Shown: one piece after another, positions 60,360 through 64,000 of the stretch
Position numbering within the stretch: the first letter of the stretch is position 1
Layout: each line of letters starts with the position of its first letter
Source of the DNA: Promethearchaeota archaeon
Lineage (GTDB): Archaea; Asgardarchaeota; Lokiarchaeia; Sigyniarchaeales; SOKP01
Reading direction: 5' to 3'
DNA: 64,000 bases
NCBI GenBank assembly: GCA_048940445.1
Contig: JBHLON010000015.1
Coordinates: 9,837-73,836 of the forward strand
The notes under the pieces: generated by a model
Database searches by the model: none
What the model was told of the DNA's origin: nothing
The model's input: only the letters and a program-made list of their open reading frames with translations
Translations under genes and position numbers: made by a program

Positions 60360-62753
60360 ATGAAAATCAAATTAAAAAGAGGGGAGAAAATCATGTTGAA
60401 TGGGCGAATATTAAGAGCTAGAGACCCTAAATTAAGAAAATTTAGAAATAGCCTCCGTAGAATGTGGCTCTCCCTTATTATTAACCAAGATCAAAAAATA
60501 AAAATCAAACAAGAAAGTCTAATAGATCATTCAGAAGGTTCAATCTTCAAGATAAAGGATAAGATAAAAGAGTATATGAAGCTAAAGTTTTCTAATGTAG
60601 AAATGAAACGTTTAATTAATTATTCAATCTGCTTATGCCCTATTTGCTTGAGATATGAAGAAGATATGATATGGGACTCCTATTCAGAAGCTTGGTATTG
60701 TGAAAATTGTTATAATCAAATTACTTCTCCAATTACTGATAAAAAAATCCTTGATGATCTCAATAAGCTTTTTCTTCTAAACAATGGAGGCCATGATGAC
60801 TACGATATCCAATCTTCTTGGAATAATGTTCCATTAAAGTTCTTTAAAAATTTATCTATTATCAATCTTACTCGCATAATCCTAGATCCTGAATTGGATC
60901 TTATCAAAAATATTATTAAAAAAAAAGTAGAGACAAAGGAAAAATATAATTCATACCAAATTGGAATCATGTTTAATGAAAGAGTTTCACAATTTATTAG
61001 TAAAAAACTCATGGATGTATTAAATGAATTAAATGATGAAAAAATAGATTCTTTAATGGAATTAGGTTTACTTCAATTCATTCATTTTCGAGATTTTATT
61101 ACATTATCTTGTGCTGTAAAAAAGTACTTTTTTGTAACTTTTTATAAATATGCTTATAATCATTATGATCGGGAAATAGAAGAATTTACTTCTCAATTAG
61201 GTCAAATTAGGCATCTCAAATCTTCTTTTATATTGGATTATGTAAAGGATCTTATTCGAGAAAATAGAATTAATGAATTATACACATATAAGTGGGTTGA
61301 TCTTTTAGAAGAAAGGGACTTTATTGATTTATGTGGAGATCCAGAATATGAACTCTTAAAAATTCTTTTAGAAATAAATAAAACAAATTTTGATGATAAA
61401 TTATTTTATGGATTGAAATTCCCATTTAATTTAATGAGGTTAGTAAATGATAAAATAGGTGAAACGATAGAACAAGTCGTTATTGAAGAAAATGAACTAG
61501 ATTTAATAATATTTTTTTCACTAGATTTTTTTGACTTCTTAAGTGAAGAACAACTCATCTCACTTTTCCAAAATTCGAAATTTATAGAACTATTATATAG
61601 CTTATATAACTCTGCTTATTTATATAACTCAGATAATTTATATAATTTAGCGAAAACCAAAATTAGTAAATTTTTCGAGGATTATAAACAACAGTGGATT
61701 CCTTACCTCAAGCTAATAATTATTGATAAATTCAAAAATGGAGATTTAATAGATATTTTCCGTTTGTGGGATTATGGTTGGTTATTAGACATCCCCGAAG
61801 ATGACTTTTGCTATATTTTGGCTCAAGAGGAATTGCATTTATTAAATAAGTTACTAAAAGCAGTACATTTTCATGGATTTGAGAAAAATTATGATCACAC
61901 CTGCGCCTCGTTTCCTTTTTTGTATAATTTTATTAAAATGCCTACAAGAATCAGAAATGCATTAAAAACTCAAGTTATTGAGGTTATTAAAAATGGTGAA
62001 ATGGAGGCAATTGTTCCATTAGTCGGTATACACTATCTGGAAATTCTCGATATTGATGAAATATATTCACTTATTAATGATCCTAAAGTTAAATTGTTAG
62101 AAATAATTAATCAAGCAGCTAAAGAACATAATGAGGAATTATATTATTTCAATTCAGAATTTTTTATTTGGACGGATAAATTTAATAATTTAATACAAAA
62201 GTTTGGGTTTAAATCCATATTCAAAACCCGAAGTTTATTAGAGTTATTATACATACCAAGATATGATATGATTTCTAAACACGACAAAAGATTTATTGAA
62301 GAAGGAGAGGAGAGTGTCGAAATTGCAGGAAGAAGATTTTATATGAAAAATGGATTTTTAGATTTACAAAATTTGTTTATACAAGACATTTCTAAGATTA
62401 AAGATTTGTTCTCATTAGAATCTCTAAAAGTATTAAATCTAAGTTTCAATTGGATAACGGAATTACCCCGAAAAATCACCCGCCTTCAATCACTTGAAAA
62501 ACTCATTATCCAAGAATCCCGCTTACAAAAAATACCTGAATATATTGCTAATTTAAAGAATTTAAAAGTATTAGATATTCAGGGTAATTATCTAGAGAAA
62601 TTACCTCAGTGTTTATTGGAAAGCGATTCACTTAAACATATCCTTCTCTCCGTGTTTAAATATCATGAACTTCCAATTCTGCATGAAATGATAAGAAAAT
62701 TACAACGAAAAGGAATAAAGGTCTCTATTCATGATATGCATTTTCTTGATTAA
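60360..62753 (+). CDS. Zn-finger, helical-repeat and C-terminal leucine-rich-repeat protein
   Basis: CLCPIC...WYCENC; LRRs LKVLNLSFNWITELP, LEKLIIQESRLQKIP, LKVLDIQGNYLEKLP. Confidence 0.82.
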   Translation: MKIKLKRGEKIMLNGRILRARDPKLRKFRNSLRRMWLSLIINQDQKIKIKQESLIDHSEGSIFKIKDKIKEYMKLKFSNVEMKRLINYSICLCPICLRYEEDMIWDSYSEAWYCENCYNQITSPITDKKILDDLNKLFLLNNGGHDDYDIQSSWNNVPLKFFKNLSIINLTRIILDPELDLIKNIIKKKVETKEKYNSYQIGIMFNERVSQFISKKLMDVLNELNDEKIDSLMELGLLQFIHFRDFITLSCAVKKYFFVTFYKYAYNHYDREIEEFTSQLGQIRHLKSSFILDYVKDLIRENRINELYTYKWVDLLEERDFIDLCGDPEYELLKILLEINKTNFDDKLFYGLKFPFNLMRLVNDKIGETIEQVVIEENELDLIIFFSLDFFDFLSEEQLISLFQNSKFIELLYSLYNSAYLYNSDNLYNLAKTKISKFFEDYKQQWIPYLKLIIIDKFKNGDLIDIFRLWDYGWLLDIPEDDFCYILAQEELHLLNKLLKAVHFHGFEKNYDHTCASFPFLYNFIKMPTRIRNALKTQVIEVIKNGEMEAIVPLVGIHYLEILDIDEIYSLINDPKVKLLEIINQAAKEHNEELYYFNSEFFIWTDKFNNLIQKFGFKSIFKTRSLLELLYIPRYDMISKHDKRFIEEGEESVEIAGRRFYMKNGFLDLQNLFIQDISKIKDLFSLESLKVLNLSFNWITELPRKITRLQSLEKLIIQESRLQKIPEYIANLKNLKVLDIQGNYLEKLPQCLLESDSLKHILLSVFKYHELPILHEMIRKLQRKGIKVSIHDMHFLD

Positions 62754-62881
62754 ACAAATATAAAAAAAGTAAAAATAAACAAAAAAATAATCAAAAAGGG
62801 AGTTAATATAAAGAAATGAATTTCTTCGGAGAAAAAATCTAATAAATCCTTCTAGTTTAATCATTCTTAATTAAGTATTTC

Positions 62882-63046
62882 TTATTTTAAAAGGATGGTT
62901 TCCCTGTTTTTGGGACTCTTAGTTGCTTTCCGTAGCTTTTTATGTATCATTGTTGATAAACTCACACACTTACTCTCTTCTCCATGATTAGTAATCACTA
63001 CTTTAGGTCGTGGTTGAATACGTCTTAAAAATTGAGATATTTGACT
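62882..63046 (-). repeat. Second copy of the 165-bp direct repeat (within the intact aCPSF1 gene)
   Basis: Offset 2806 nt from 60076-60240; core 62913-62995 matches 60107-60189 at 81/83 nt. Confidence 0.9.
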
Positions 63047-64000
63047 ACGAGATGAGTGTCCGCTAAAACCTTCCAAAGTAAATACACTTAAATTTAATCG
63101 TACAAGTTGCGTTCGACCCCTATCATCGACATACTGAAATTCCCGAAATCCTTTTTGTATCCGGCTTCCTAATGTTCCATTAACCTGGTACGACACAAAA
63201 ATTAACGAATTATTTTTATCCTCTGCCAGTGACCTGAGATATTGCACTGAAGGGCCCCCGATTAACATACCACTCGTTGCGAGAATAATACAAGGGCCAC
63301 CGGATATTACATCCATTCTTTCTTCAGGAGTACTGATTGTTGTGAAAAAATCACTTAAAAAAGGGTTCTTGCCTTGGTGAAGGATCTTTTCTCTCAAATC
63401 TGAGCTGAGGTAATCTGGATGAGCCGTATGAATGGCAGTTGCCTCCGCAATTAAACCGTCCAAAAATATTGGCACCCTATCAATAAGACCCTTCGAAATA
63501 AGCTCTTCGAGTACAATGATCAATTCTTGCGCACGTCCTACTGCCAACACGGGAATGAGCACTTTTCCTCCGCGCTTGAGGGTACTTATGAGAATTTGTC
63601 TCAGCTCTTTCTCCGAATCTTGCCGACTTGGAATCCGATCTTGAGGACCACCGTAAGTTGCTTCGATAAGTAGAGCTTCCACTCGCGGAAACTTCACATT
63701 TGCCTTTTCAAGCAACCTAGTCTTTTGATATTTCATATCTCCGGTGTAGATAAAGTTAAAACCGCCTTTACCGAAATGGAGGTGGATAACAGATGAACCA
63801 AGGATATGCCCAGAGTTATGAAGTGTAAGTTTAATATCGGGTGCAATATCAGTAACTTTTCCCCATGAGAGAGGGATAGTATGCAGAACTGTAGTTTTAA
63901 CATCTCTTCTTGAATAGGGTGGAGTTGTACCTTCTTTTTCACATATTTGAATATAATCTAACTGAAGCATCGTAGCTAAATTACGAGTTGGCAAAGTACA
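62882..64000 (-). CDS. fttA: aCPSF1/FttA beta-CASP ribonuclease (5' part lies beyond the window)
   Basis: NSGHILGS, YTGD, EATYGG, AVGRAQE, ATSGML.GG, GFSGHS, NHGE, P.N.ETI. Confidence 0.93.
   Translation of the reverse strand, partial: CTLPTRNLATMLQLDYIQICEKEGTTPPYSRRDVKTTVLHTIPLSWGKVTDIAPDIKLTLHNSGHILGSSVIHLHFGKGGFNFIYTGDMKYQKTRLLEKANVKFPRVEALLIEATYGGPQDRIPSRQDSEKELRQILISTLKRGGKVLIPVLAVGRAQELIIVLEELISKGLIDRVPIFLDGLIAEATAIHTAHPDYLSSDLREKILHQGKNPFLSDFFTTISTPEERMDVISGGPCIILATSGMLIGGPSVQYLRSLAEDKNNSLIFVSYQVNGTLGSRIQKGFREFQYVDDRGRTQLVRLNLSVFTLEGFSGHSSRSQISQFLRRIQPRPKVVITNHGEESKCVSLSTMIHKKLRKATKSPKNRETILLK

Noticed and set aside
60076-63046. Diversity-generating retroelement template/variable repeat pair
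   Set aside because: Mismatches are not adenine-specific, many are synonymous, and no reverse transcriptase is present
10385-63942. Short ORFs antisense to or nested in long genes (e.g. 10385, 15067, 16793, 19423, 19589, 32491, 35946, 36315, 37755, 39913, 41966, 43817, 44146, 45371, 45734, 47691, 48836, 49124, 50413, 52083, 53841, 58037, 58803, 59059, 60800, 63432, 63733)
   Set aside because: They overlap well-supported genes, have no motifs, and show shadow-frame composition
1-64000. CRISPR arrays, rRNA genes, transposases or integrases
   Set aside because: No regularly spaced repeats, no long GC-rich RNA-like segments, and no DDE or recombinase motifs were seen

Overview
AT-rich archaeal chromosomal DNA, most consistent with an Asgard archaeon (Lokiarchaeia-like). 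This is inferred from eukaryotic-signature-type genes (actin-related protein, longin/uDENN protein, MglA-type small GTPase, roadblock/LC7, Vps29-like, IFT52/GIFT-like, PCI/winged-helix and LRR proteins) mixed with archaeal genes (aCPSF1/FttA, cofE, pdaD, DHS family, intron-containing tRNA) and a bacterial-type DNA gyrase. About 55 CDS and one tRNA-Gln(CTG) with a 31-nt insertion were found; no rRNA, CRISPR array or transposase. Highlights: (1) a co-oriented cluster at 1-4781 in which a divergent actin-related protein, a helical+CHAT protein and a coiled-coil+PLD protein all appear to have lost catalytic residues, followed by an unannotated acidic-Trp micro-ORF; (2) a 2.8-kb LRR-gene cassette bracketed by a 165-bp duplication of the aCPSF1 3' end; (3) tandem paralogous head-rod-tail coiled-coil proteins; (4) an ambiguous, non-canonical tRNA intron beside a ~160-nt structured intergenic element; (5) a Zn-finger/5x winged-helix/appendage-like multidomain protein; (6) a gyrase with three classical quinolone-resistance substitutions. 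All family assignments were made by eye from motifs; no searches were run.
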